Positions 55,351-64,000 of a stretch of DNA of 64,000 nt are shown piece after piece. The DNA is taken from the IMG/VR virus record IMGVR_UViG_3300005326_000040, positions 224,001 through 288,000 of that record. The stretch is one strand, 5' to 3'. The translations under genes and the position numbers were made by a program. The notes under the pieces were generated by a model, which was not told where the DNA came from, made no database searches, and saw only the letters and a program-made list of their open reading frames with translations. This DNA is from a virus (lineage: Duplodnaviria > Caudoviricetes). How positions within the stretch are numbered: position 1 is the first letter of the stretch; every line of letters begins with the position of its first letter.

Positions 55351-58300
55351 ATGACAGAGTACGTTTCTCTTCACAACTATACATATTTCTCTATCATGCG
55401 GTCCATTAATAAGCCTTCGGCTTTGATGGACGCTGCCGCCGCTTTGGGGATGAAAGCCATCGCGGTGACTGATTATGGTACACTGTCTGGTTTGTGGGAT
55501 TCGTACAAAGCAGCAAAGAAAACGAAGTTGATTTGCGGCTGTCAAATTAATTTTACCGATACTCGCGATCCAGTTGTAAGGTTTCTTTGTAACGAAGATC
55601 CAAAGCCGCAAATTCAACCAAGGACGATGATTCTAATTGCAAAGAACGCAATTGGATACAAGCACCTTCTTGAAATCAATTTTGAGGCAGAAAAGTGCAA
55701 GTTAGAAAAGAACTCAAAGATTGATAAGGTTGCGCTAATTGACTGGGACGTTCTTCAAGAAAAGCATGAAGGATTGATTTGTCTCACGTCAAATGCTGGC
55801 GGAATTGTCGGGCGCCATCTTTCAGACGGCGAGCATGAAAAGGCAATCAAGGAAGCCAAACGATTCAAAGAATTGTTTGGAGACGATTTTGCTTTTGAGC
55901 TACAGCCAAACAATATGATGATGGATGGCGCAGAGCAGTTTGCTGTCAATCAAAATCTACGGCGTCTTGGCGCAGAACTAGGGATTCGATGCGTTGCCGC
56001 GAGCAATGCCTATTACGTCAACAAAGAAGAAGCTGAATGCTATGATTTCTTGGTGGCGATAAAGAATCATCGCTCTTATAATGACCGTTCGCGGCCTAAA
56101 ATTAATCGACCAAACTTTTATCTACATTCAGCGGAAGATATCGTTAAGTTCTTTTCTAGGAATTATGGAAGCAAATTTGCAGAAGAACTATGCGACAATA
56201 CAGTTTATTACGCTGACAAGTGTGAAAAGCCTGAGTGGATTAAGCCTCAGCATGTAACGGGTGACAAAGCCCTGTTGCCTGATTTTCCCGTACATGATCA
56301 GCCGGACTTGGCAGAATTTGGGAAATGGAAAGAGGACAATAAGGAAATTGTAGAACAAGTCAAAGCTGACGACAAACTCTATATGAGATACTGGTGTGAA
56401 GCCAATTGGAACAGCCACACACCTAAAGAGAAAAACCAAGTTTACTGGGACCGTTATCAGAAAGAAGAACTGCCAGTATATGAACAGCTAGGCTTCAGTT
56501 CATATATGTTAATCACTGCTGATTTTCTTCAGTGGGGGCGCAAGCAAAACATACGTATTGGTCCAGGGCGAGGTTCTGTTGGTTGTAGCTTGGTTGCTTA
56601 TGATTTAGATATCCATCGTGCTGACCCGATTAAATACGGGCTTCCTTTTGCTCGCTTCTTAAACTTGGATAAGAAAGATTATCCAGACATTGATAATGAT
56701 ATTGAACCAAATGGTCGAGAGCGAATTATTAACTACGTTCGGCGTAAGTATGGGAATGAACGGGTAGTACACGTTTCAAACTTTGTTACATTTACTCCAA
56801 AGAACGCGATTACAGACGTAATTACCTCTTTGGAAATTGGCGGCTCCAGACAGTCAGCTTTCAAGATTGCAAAAAATCTAACGGAAACAATTTCAAACGA
56901 AGCAAAATCTATTGCGTCGGCTGAAGAGTCGTCTCCTTTCCTCAAAGACTTTTTAGAGAAATATCCACAAGCTAAGAAGTTCGCAGAGGTATTGATTGGT
57001 TTGCCGCGAAGCTATTCTACACATGCCGCAGGAGTTGTAGTTAGCAAGTATAACCTCTTAGGGCTAGTTCCATTACGAATTGACGAACATGGAACTATTG
57101 CTCTCGAATATGAAAAAACCAGAACCGAAGAGAACGGTTTGGTTAAGATTGACTTCTTAGGGTTGGAAACGCTTGATATAATCAATAAAGTCCATGAGAT
57201 TATCCAGACAAATGGTGGCGAACCACCTTTAGACCCTCCCGATTTTGATAAGTACGATAAAAAGATTTTTGATATGATTTCGGAGGGTGACACGTTCGGT
57301 GTTTTTCAGTTTGGTAGTAGCGGTGGAACCATCGATATCTGCAAAAAGGTTCAGCCTATGAACCTTCTTGACCTTGCTGCTATTAACGCTTTGACGCGAC
57401 CGGGCGTTTCGCATGACGTTCGTAAGTCTTATATTGCTCGTCGGTTTGGAGAAGAACCAGCAGAGTTTCCTCACCCGTCTTTTGAACTAGCATTAAAGGA
57501 AACGCTTGGGCTTCCTATCTTTGAAGAGTGCTTTTTGTTCTTGGCTCACTATTTTTGTGGCTGGGACCTTGGCCGTAGCGATAAGATGAGAAAGATTTCA
57601 AAACTAAAAGCAAAAGGAAAACATCTTCTCAAAGAAATTAGGGAAGGCTTTATTCAAGGCGCCATGGAACATTCTGGCGTGACAGAAGAATTTGTTACAG
57701 AGATTTGGGACGAATGGGTCGTGCCTCTATCTGGATATGCGTTCAATAAGTCTCACGCTATTGAGTATTCAATGGTGGGCTTTCAGACGGCTTATTTGAA
57801 AGCCTATTACCCAGCCGAATTTATGACGGCAAACTTGATTTCTGAAATCAAGAGCAATGCTCCTCAAGCAAAAGATAACGCACTTAGATTCCGGCATATG
57901 TTGCGTAAGCATGGCGTAAAGATTTTGCCTCCGGACGTTAATCTTTCTGGGCCGACATATAAACTTGCTTCTCAATCCAAATTGATTACAGGCTTTTCCG
58001 CTCTTCATGGAGTACAGCAACCAGCAGCAGAAGACATTGCTAATAAACGCCCGTTCTCTTCGTTCACTGACTTCATAACTCGCGTAGATTCAACTCTGGT
58101 TCGTTCTCCTGTAGTTGAAGCGATGGCGGCTTGTGGGGCGTTAGATTGTTTTGGGTTGACCCGCAAATCGATGTTTTTATATGCCGCCGACTTGAAACTG
58201 AAGATGAAGAACTGGGCGAAACGAAAGACAACCCAGGGTAAGCCTTTTGAATACACTCTTCCTAATGAGGAGTGGACAAAGGGACAATTGCGAGCTTTGG

Positions 58301-58872
58301 AGACGCATTATCTTGGCGAAGCTCTTTCTGGGACCAAAAAGGATTCTTATCCCGTTCTTTTTGTTGATAAAGGAGTCTCTCATATCAGAGATATGAAAGA
58401 TATGCCGGATAAGTATCGGGTTGTTGTGGAACTGGAAGTGAAGGATTTGTTTGTCTTTAGGGTTAAGAAGAAGGAAAGCAAAATATTCAACGAGGAAGTT
58501 TGTAAGATTACTGGCGAGGATATTCTTGAAGACCAAATTGGTGTGGTTGTTTTTCCTGAGCAGTTTGCTGTGTTGCAGATGAAGTACGCTGAAACGTTCG
58601 GCGAAAATGCAAAGCTTGATAAAAACTTTGGGCTTCGTTTGTCGGGTACGATTAGCCGGTACAATGGCGAGTTGTCACTAACTGTGTCTGAGATTTATGC
58701 CTTAATGAAGCCTGTTGCCATGCCTGTAGATATGAAAAACCTTAAGAAGGAACGCAAGAAGATTGAAATCTATTCAGGTATGTCAAAGAAGAAACTGGCG
58801 GAAAAGACATCAGAAGACATTACAGAAGACTTGTTAGATATGATTGTTATGGATAAAGATTATGAATTTTGA
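55351..58872 (+). CDS. dnaE: DNA polymerase III alpha subunit
   Basis: PHP domain, GPGRGS, PDIDND, STHAAG, KIDFLGL, YAFNKSHA. Confidence 0.97.
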   Translation: MTEYVSLHNYTYFSIMRSINKPSALMDAAAALGMKAIAVTDYGTLSGLWDSYKAAKKTKLICGCQINFTDTRDPVVRFLCNEDPKPQIQPRTMILIAKNAIGYKHLLEINFEAEKCKLEKNSKIDKVALIDWDVLQEKHEGLICLTSNAGGIVGRHLSDGEHEKAIKEAKRFKELFGDDFAFELQPNNMMMDGAEQFAVNQNLRRLGAELGIRCVAASNAYYVNKEEAECYDFLVAIKNHRSYNDRSRPKINRPNFYLHSAEDIVKFFSRNYGSKFAEELCDNTVYYADKCEKPEWIKPQHVTGDKALLPDFPVHDQPDLAEFGKWKEDNKEIVEQVKADDKLYMRYWCEANWNSHTPKEKNQVYWDRYQKEELPVYEQLGFSSYMLITADFLQWGRKQNIRIGPGRGSVGCSLVAYDLDIHRADPIKYGLPFARFLNLDKKDYPDIDNDIEPNGRERIINYVRRKYGNERVVHVSNFVTFTPKNAITDVITSLEIGGSRQSAFKIAKNLTETISNEAKSIASAEESSPFLKDFLEKYPQAKKFAEVLIGLPRSYSTHAAGVVVSKYNLLGLVPLRIDEHGTIALEYEKTRTEENGLVKIDFLGLETLDIINKVHEIIQTNGGEPPLDPPDFDKYDKKIFDMISEGDTFGVFQFGSSGGTIDICKKVQPMNLLDLAAINALTRPGVSHDVRKSYIARRFGEEPAEFPHPSFELALKETLGLPIFEECFLFLAHYFCGWDLGRSDKMRKISKLKAKGKHLLKEIREGFIQGAMEHSGVTEEFVTEIWDEWVVPLSGYAFNKSHAIEYSMVGFQTAYLKAYYPAEFMTANLISEIKSNAPQAKDNALRFRHMLRKHGVKILPPDVNLSGPTYKLASQSKLITGFSALHGVQQPAAEDIANKRPFSSFTDFITRVDSTLVRSPVVEAMAACGALDCFGLTRKSMFLYAADLKLKMKNWAKRKTTQGKPFEYTLPNEEWTKGQLRALETHYLGEALSGTKKDSYPVLFVDKGVSHIRDMKDMPDKYRVVVELEVKDLFVFRVKKKESKIFNEEVCKITGEDILEDQIGVVVFPEQFAVLQMKYAETFGENAKLDKNFGLRLSGTISRYNGELSLTVSEIYALMKPVAMPVDMKNLKKERKKIEIYSGMSKKKLAEKTSEDITEDLLDMIVMDKDYEF

Positions 58873-58917
58873 TGATATATATAGTTATCGGTAATTACTA
58901 TTTCTTATAAAGGTTCC

Positions 58918-59619
58918 ATGAAATGTCAAAGTTGTCAATGTGAAGTCCCGCCTGCGTTTGTTCACGCTATTCAAACGAATGTCTGCCCTGGCTGCGCAAA
59001 TCCAATTATGGATGAGCAGATGGTCGAGCTTATGAGAGGCTTGGCCGATGCTATGTCTCAAATGGAATACAATCCCCAAGGGATCGCTGGCTGGTTAATG
59101 GATAACTATCGGCTTGAAAAGGTTGGTCCTGGGGAGCCTACAGGGTTCCATCAAGTAAAGAAACATGTAACAGTTGGTGTCGCTGGCGCGACTGGCACAA
59201 GTTATACCGATGAAAAAACTGAGCGATTGAATAAGTTTTTTGAGAATGCTGGTGCGCCAAAGAATGTTGTTGGTATGACTAAGAAAGATCTTGTAGCTCA
59301 GAATGAGGCTGCGGCAACAGCACAAGGGCAAAGCGACGTTGAGGATGAGATGCAAGAAGAGGATATTCTTGCTATTAAACGCGCTGCACTGTTAGAAAAG
59401 CAAGGGGCGTCCGAGGAAGTGTCGTCCGCAATGGGTCTTGGTTCCATGGCCGTAGTTCCTGGTGCTCCTGACCCATATGCTCAACCTCCTGTTAATGACC
59501 TTATGTCGCCCCATCTTCGTGCTCTTCGGGAGCAGCAGCAACAGAAGATTGAGGAAAGTCGCAATGCTGTGTTGTCTGGTGTTCGTGTAAATAAGAACGG
59601 GTTTACTAGAGCAGGCTAA
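58918..59619 (+). CDS. hypothetical protein with N-terminal zinc ribbon
   Basis: CQSC...CPGC. Confidence 0.7.
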   Translation: MKCQSCQCEVPPAFVHAIQTNVCPGCANPIMDEQMVELMRGLADAMSQMEYNPQGIAGWLMDNYRLEKVGPGEPTGFHQVKKHVTVGVAGATGTSYTDEKTERLNKFFENAGAPKNVVGMTKKDLVAQNEAAATAQGQSDVEDEMQEEDILAIKRAALLEKQGASEEVSSAMGLGSMAVVPGAPDPYAQPPVNDLMSPHLRALREQQQQKIEESRNAVLSGVRVNKNGFTRAG

Positions 59620-59620
59620 A

Positions 59621-59974
59621 ATGTTTAGAATTGTTGACAATAAGAACGTCGAAATGACAGACGATGAGTTTGGTGAATTTGAAAAGATTTGCCGAGCACA
59701 TGACCAGCCAACATTTAAAGGTGAAGAGCTTTTTAGAGACCGATTTTACACCGATGACAATGGTAAGATTGTTTGTCTCAAAGCTCTTGGAAACCGTATG
59801 GTTAGTTTTGAAGTTGTTTTCTTTTTGATGAACTTAATGCAGAATCAACATTTGCGCGCAATGTATGCTGAGATTGATGTGTTGGTTACTAAAGTTGAAG
59901 ATAAATTGCTTCAAGTAGATGAAAAGTTAAAAGATATGTCTGTTTATATGGACAGCCATTTCCCAAAAACCTAA
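59621..59974 (+). CDS. hypothetical protein
   Basis: 117-aa ORF. Confidence 0.65.
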   Translation: MFRIVDNKNVEMTDDEFGEFEKICRAHDQPTFKGEELFRDRFYTDDNGKIVCLKALGNRMVSFEVVFFLMNLMQNQHLRAMYAEIDVLVTKVEDKLLQVDEKLKDMSVYMDSHFPKT

Positions 59975-59998
59975 TTCGCTTGTCGAGCAGCTTCATCT

Positions 59999-60574
59999 TT
60001 GAAAATAAAGATTAGCATGAGCAAAACAGACGGTCAAAGCATGATTGACGTGTTGATGAATATTGGAATTGACACGTTAGATGGAGATAAGCTTCGTGTT
60101 GACGAGGCGGAGTTTCAGAAAATTTCAAATGAATTTCCTGATGACGGTCTGGTAGATATTGCTCAATATGAACGCATGGCCGGACTAGCTATGAGGGGCA
60201 TCGCGATTTGTGACTATTGGGTTCCTATTCTCATGGTAATTATTGGGGAGCTTGAGTCAAAAAGAGATATTGCTAAGGCTAAAGCTTATGTTGACGCCGA
60301 AGAGCCTAAGTATGGAAAGCTTACGGCTGATGTTAGAAAGCAAATGTCTGAAGCAAATGAAGAATATAATCGCGTACGGATTTTGACGGAACGTATCCGG
60401 GCTATTAAAGTAATGTTTGAAAAGAAGTCACATTCCTTTACTAAGTTTCACGTTTTCATGAAGGACCAGCAAAAGCTTTACAGTTATAAGGGCGGGCGTG
60501 AAATTAGTGGAGATACATTGAAGTTTTCAAGTGAAAAGCCCGATAAAAAGACCAATGGCGAAGAAAATTGGTAG
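59999..60574 (+). CDS. helical protein, possibly UvsY-like recombination mediator
   Basis: Helical KAKAYVDAE...YN....L pattern and position near SSB/RecA; inference. Confidence 0.45.
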   Translation: MKIKISMSKTDGQSMIDVLMNIGIDTLDGDKLRVDEAEFQKISNEFPDDGLVDIAQYERMAGLAMRGIAICDYWVPILMVIIGELESKRDIAKAKAYVDAEEPKYGKLTADVRKQMSEANEEYNRVRILTERIRAIKVMFEKKSHSFTKFHVFMKDQQKLYSYKGGREISGDTLKFSSEKPDKKTNGEENW

Positions 60575-60589
60575 GAAGAGAATAAGAAT

Positions 60590-60928
60590 ATGCCAACACC
60601 TAAGAAACCGGAAGAGAAGAGACAAGCAGAGGAAGAAAGCTTTAATAAGCCGGTACCTCAGAATATTGAGAGAATTAAGTATGACCCGATCTTTGAGATT
60701 ACTGTCGAGCAAGGTACAGGATCTCAAATAAGAGAGGTTATATATATTGGGAGGTTGTTTCCTTTCGTCGTAGGCCCGGTGCAAAACACAAATTTTGTTA
60801 CTATCAAGGGTTATATGCCGAGAGGTAAAGCCACCTTGCAGAATCCTAGGGAAGTGTTGGAGACAACACAATTGGTAGAAGATACATTTTCATATAACTT
60901 AATTAAAAAGATTCGCAAAATTGCCTAA
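60590..60928 (+). CDS. hypothetical protein
   Basis: 112-aa ORF. Confidence 0.65.
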   Translation: MPTPKKPEEKRQAEEESFNKPVPQNIERIKYDPIFEITVEQGTGSQIREVIYIGRLFPFVVGPVQNTNFVTIKGYMPRGKATLQNPREVLETTQLVEDTFSYNLIKKIRKIA

Positions 60929-60966
60929 CGGCAGAAATAGAATCATACAACAAGGAGAAATCAAAA

Positions 60967-61698
60967 ATGGTACAATACGGCGAAACAGAGTGGGATGATA
61001 AAGGTAAGAGTGAGTTTATTAGGCTAAAGGACGGCACGAACAAGATTCGGCTTTTTACTAAGCCGTTCAAGTTCGGAACGCATCGCGTTCATTTTCCGGA
61101 TGACCCTACGACCAAGAATGGCGGTGGTCGTATCGTCCGTTGCGCAGTCAATGACTGTTCTCTTTGCGCTCTTGCAAAGGACGCAGAGGCTCGTCGCCCA
61201 AAGTGGGCTGCTAATCTTGAAGTAGATAAGCAGAAGTCACGTTGGTATGTCGGCGCAATTAGTCGGGACGAACAGAAGGCGGGCATTCTGGAGATTGGCT
61301 CCCTTATCCGCAATAAGGTGAAGGAATTTGCGGGAGACGAGAATTGGGGTAACCCAGCCAGATACGATCTAACTGTAAAGAAGGATCCAGTAGCTGGTAA
61401 GGAAAGCCCAATGCTTTACTACGCTATTACTCCTAATCCGGCTACTCTCGGTCAGCTTTCTGATAGCGATCAGGAGCTAATTGAAAAGTTCAATGTTGCT
61501 GCGCTAGTCAAGCGTTGCGAGCCAGTGTCGAATGAAGACGTTGAGCGAGCAGTGTTGAAGTATCGCAATGACGTTGATGAGCAGCTAAAGAAGGCCAGGG
61601 GCAAGACAGCCGAGAGGGCCGAAAAGGTTGAGGACAAAGACGAGGCAGATGAGGATCAGCCCAATCTAGTCTTCAAGAAGCCAATCAAAGAGACCTGA
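60967..61698 (+). CDS. gp32-like single-stranded DNA-binding protein
   Basis: F.RLKDG.N.IR, C...CSLC, ILEIG, YDL.V.K, acidic tail. Confidence 0.75.
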   Translation: MVQYGETEWDDKGKSEFIRLKDGTNKIRLFTKPFKFGTHRVHFPDDPTTKNGGGRIVRCAVNDCSLCALAKDAEARRPKWAANLEVDKQKSRWYVGAISRDEQKAGILEIGSLIRNKVKEFAGDENWGNPARYDLTVKKDPVAGKESPMLYYAITPNPATLGQLSDSDQELIEKFNVAALVKRCEPVSNEDVERAVLKYRNDVDEQLKKARGKTAERAEKVEDKDEADEDQPNLVFKKPIKET

Positions 61699-61731
61699 GC
61701 AGAATCGTTAGTATAAATCCCTAGGAAAAAG

Positions 61732-61771
61732 AAAGCCCGACTCATGTTATATATAATGAGTCGGGTTTTTT
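61732..61771 (+). terminator. long palindrome/terminator after SSB with TATATA in its centre
   Basis: AAAGCCCGACTCAT-G-TTATATATAA-TGAGTCGGGTTTTTT. Confidence 0.7.
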
Positions 61772-61786
61772 CTATCTAAAGGGCTA

Positions 61787-62497
61787 ATGGCTAAAACAAA
61801 AACAGCAGTTACAAAACAAAAAAAAGAAAAGGTTGTTGAAACAAAACCTATTCTAAATCCAGATGCACTTAATATTGTGGTTGGTTGGGATGTATCAAGT
61901 ACAACCATTGGTTGGGGAGCCTTATATTTTCTGGGAAATAAAATTCATCAAGTAGAGTATGGCTATTATAAACCCGAGGAAAAAGACAATAAACTGCTGA
62001 GTTTAGTGTTAGTAAAGCAACATGTGGCTGACATTTTAGAAAACGCATTCCATAAAAACATAAAAGGTCAATACGGCTTAGTTACAATGTATTCTGGAGT
62101 AGAAGACTTTTTACTTCATATGGAAGCAAAATCAAGCGCAAACACCATTACTATGCTTTCTGTTTATAATCGAACTGTTTGTATGTCGGTTTTTGATTTT
62201 CTAGCTGCTGCAAATGAAGAATGCGTTGCTTTCAAAGATAATATTCCAAGGTTGCTTCCAGTAGCAACTATTCGAAGTATTCTTAGGAAGCTGTCGGGCC
62301 AGGAAGAGCGCGTGGATAAAGAGCATGTACCAGATGTAGTTGAGGAAATTATCAATTCTAAATGGTATGATTCTTCATCTGCTTGGACTTTTAGACGGCT
62401 CACCAAACGTACAGGCAAAATGCAAGACGAATGTTTTGATATGGCCGATGGGTTAGCCGTTGCTGTAGCTACTGCCAATAAGCTTGGCCTTTTGTAG
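61787..62497 (+). CDS. RuvC-like Holliday junction resolvase
   Basis: VGWDVSSTTIGWG, GVEDF, MADGLAVA. Confidence 0.75.
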   Translation: MAKTKTAVTKQKKEKVVETKPILNPDALNIVVGWDVSSTTIGWGALYFLGNKIHQVEYGYYKPEEKDNKLLSLVLVKQHVADILENAFHKNIKGQYGLVTMYSGVEDFLLHMEAKSSANTITMLSVYNRTVCMSVFDFLAAANEECVAFKDNIPRLLPVATIRSILRKLSGQEERVDKEHVPDVVEEIINSKWYDSSSAWTFRRLTKRTGKMQDECFDMADGLAVAVATANKLGLL

Positions 62498-62506
62498 GTT
62501 GGTTAA

Positions 62507-63538
62507 ATGAATCTTGAGGAAGCTCATCGTCTACTAGGAACGACTGATTCTGCCACGCCAGATGATATTCGTAAAGCCTTTCGTAAAAAGGCGGCAGAAG
62601 CTCATCCTGATAAGAATCCAGGTGATGCGACCGCTGAGGCGAGATTCAAAGAAATTAACGAAGCATACCAGATTCTTTCGGGTACACAGCAGCCATCTCA
62701 TCCACAATATCATGATGTCTCGTCTGCTTATCAAAACATGCAGGTGAACTTCGAAGATTTCTTTGGTCCATTTACGGAGTTCATAAACCCGCAAGCTCAA
62801 AGAAAACAGGTGCCTTATAAGAAAAGTCATGTGCAAAAATCGGTACAGCTTTCTTTTGAAGAGTCTATTCTTGGCGCCGAAAGAGAATTCAAGTACGTAC
62901 GAAAAGTTTTTTGTAAGAAGTGTAAAGCTGAAGGGATGAATCCTGGTTCAGTTAAAAAATGTACTCAATGTAACGGCAGTGGAATGATTCAAAAGCAAAA
63001 TAAGCAGGGTGGCTTTTTTCATTTTACAGCAACAACTTGTTCTGCTTGTAATGGCCGTGGAAAAGTTGGAGAGGCTTGTCCAGATTGCCAGGGACAAGGT
63101 TTCATTAAAGAAAACAAAACTGCAAAGGTAAAGATTCCTCCAGTAGGGTCTCAGACTGATGTTGTTTTGCGTTTCCCTAAAGAGGGACATGTTTATCCAG
63201 ATGTTATTTCAGATGTTTTTATTTCAATAACGCCTACAGCATCAAAAGACAACATGGTTATTGAAGGAACTAATGTCATAATGAAACTTCCTGTACCATT
63301 GAATATTTTGTTATTTGGAGGCGAGCGACAAGTCCCAATTGTCGGGCAAACCGAATTGCGGACTATTAAAATAAATGAATCATCCAAAGTTGGCGACAAT
63401 ATAGTCTTAAACGAATGCGGAGTAAGGAGTTTTCAATCCTCTTCGCCCGGAAAATTGGTTATACAACTGGATATTGAATATCCAAAAAAACTAACACCAG
63501 AACTAAAAGAACAACTAACAAAAGCATACGAGGATTAA
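62507..63538 (+). CDS. dnaJ: DnaJ co-chaperone
   Basis: HPD J-domain, four CxxCxGxG-type repeats, C-terminal domain. Confidence 0.95.
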   Translation: MNLEEAHRLLGTTDSATPDDIRKAFRKKAAEAHPDKNPGDATAEARFKEINEAYQILSGTQQPSHPQYHDVSSAYQNMQVNFEDFFGPFTEFINPQAQRKQVPYKKSHVQKSVQLSFEESILGAEREFKYVRKVFCKKCKAEGMNPGSVKKCTQCNGSGMIQKQNKQGGFFHFTATTCSACNGRGKVGEACPDCQGQGFIKENKTAKVKIPPVGSQTDVVLRFPKEGHVYPDVISDVFISITPTASKDNMVIEGTNVIMKLPVPLNILLFGGERQVPIVGQTELRTIKINESSKVGDNIVLNECGVRSFQSSSPGKLVIQLDIEYPKKLTPELKEQLTKAYED

Positions 63539-64000
63539 ATGGGTAGACCAAAAGGTAAGTCAAATAGAAAAAATGATTTAGAGCCTATCAACACACAGAC
63601 TGCTGCGCCAGCGCCTTCTGTATCCAGTTCGGCTGGATTGGATGCGCTATTTGCTATTGAAAAGCAGTTTGCAGATAGCATCAATACATTCAAGCCTAAA
63701 AAAACACATGTAAATGTCATTAGTACCGGGTCACCAGCGTTAGATGATATCTGTGTAGTAGGAGGTTATCCAAGAGGTAGGATTGTTCACTTGTTTGGTC
63801 CTTTCGGTGGTGGCAAAACTTTTATGTGCATGATTGCTGCCAAGAGCGCTCTTGAACAGGATCCAGACAATGTCGTGATTTGGTTTGACGCTGAAAATAC
63901 ATTTGACTACGATTGGGCTCACAATCTTGGTATTTGGGATCCCAAGCTGTATAATGAAGAAACTGGGGTCGATAGAAATCGACTTGTAGTTATTCCAATC
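63539..64000 (+). CDS. recA: RecA/UvsX recombinase (5' part, truncated by window end)
   Basis: Manual translation: ISTGSPALDD...GGYPRGRIVHLFGPFGGGKT...WFDAEN. Confidence 0.9.
   Translation, partial: MGRPKGKSNRKNDLEPINTQTAAPAPSVSSSAGLDALFAIEKQFADSINTFKPKKTHVNVISTGSPALDDICVVGGYPRGRIVHLFGPFGGGKTFMCMIAAKSALEQDPDNVVIWFDAENTFDYDWAHNLGIWDPKLYNEETGVDRNRLVVIPI

Noticed and set aside
55174-58664. Numerous 60-150-aa antisense ORFs within DnaE and other long genes
   Set aside because: No RBS or motifs; typical shadows of codon bias on the opposite strand
55351-58872. Intein or intron in DnaE (also checked TopA, SbcC)
   Set aside because: Lengths are normal, motifs contiguous, and no C/S...HN-C splice signature is evident
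1-64000. Stop-codon reassignment, as in some large phages
   Set aside because: Conserved genes are intact under the standard code and end in TAA, TAG or TGA; no suppressor tRNA seen

Overview
This window looks like a 64-kb slice of a large (jumbo-type) AT-rich dsDNA phage genome read with the standard genetic code. It is densely packed with short hypothetical genes, mostly on the + strand, with small minus-strand islands. The right third is a replication/recombination module: CHC2 zinc-finger protein, SbcD/SbcC, dNMP kinase, PD-(D/E)XK nuclease, DnaE, gp32-like SSB, RuvC-like resolvase and a truncated RecA. Many host-like auxiliary genes are present: TopA, HU-like protein, ribosomal protein bS21, trigger factor, peptide deformylase-SEC-C, DnaJ, two thioredoxins, Dps-like protein, an S66 peptidase, dUTPase, dNK, NUDIX, CYTH, a dual-specificity phosphatase, radical SAM, a methyltransferase and a glycosyltransferase. 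Five tRNAs are recognisable (Tyr, Ile, Phe, His, Arg). The most striking content is non-coding. (i) A Ro60/TROVE gene is preceded by three tandem Y-RNA-like units, one of them a circularly permuted tRNA mimic. (ii) A 142-nt tRNA-shaped RNA carries a 73-nt branched variable arm. (iii) Further structured RNAs lie in the tRNA operons. (iv) A recurring GnTATATA promoter-like motif often sits between divergent genes. All calls come from reading motifs by eye, with no database searches; RNA folds were paired manually.
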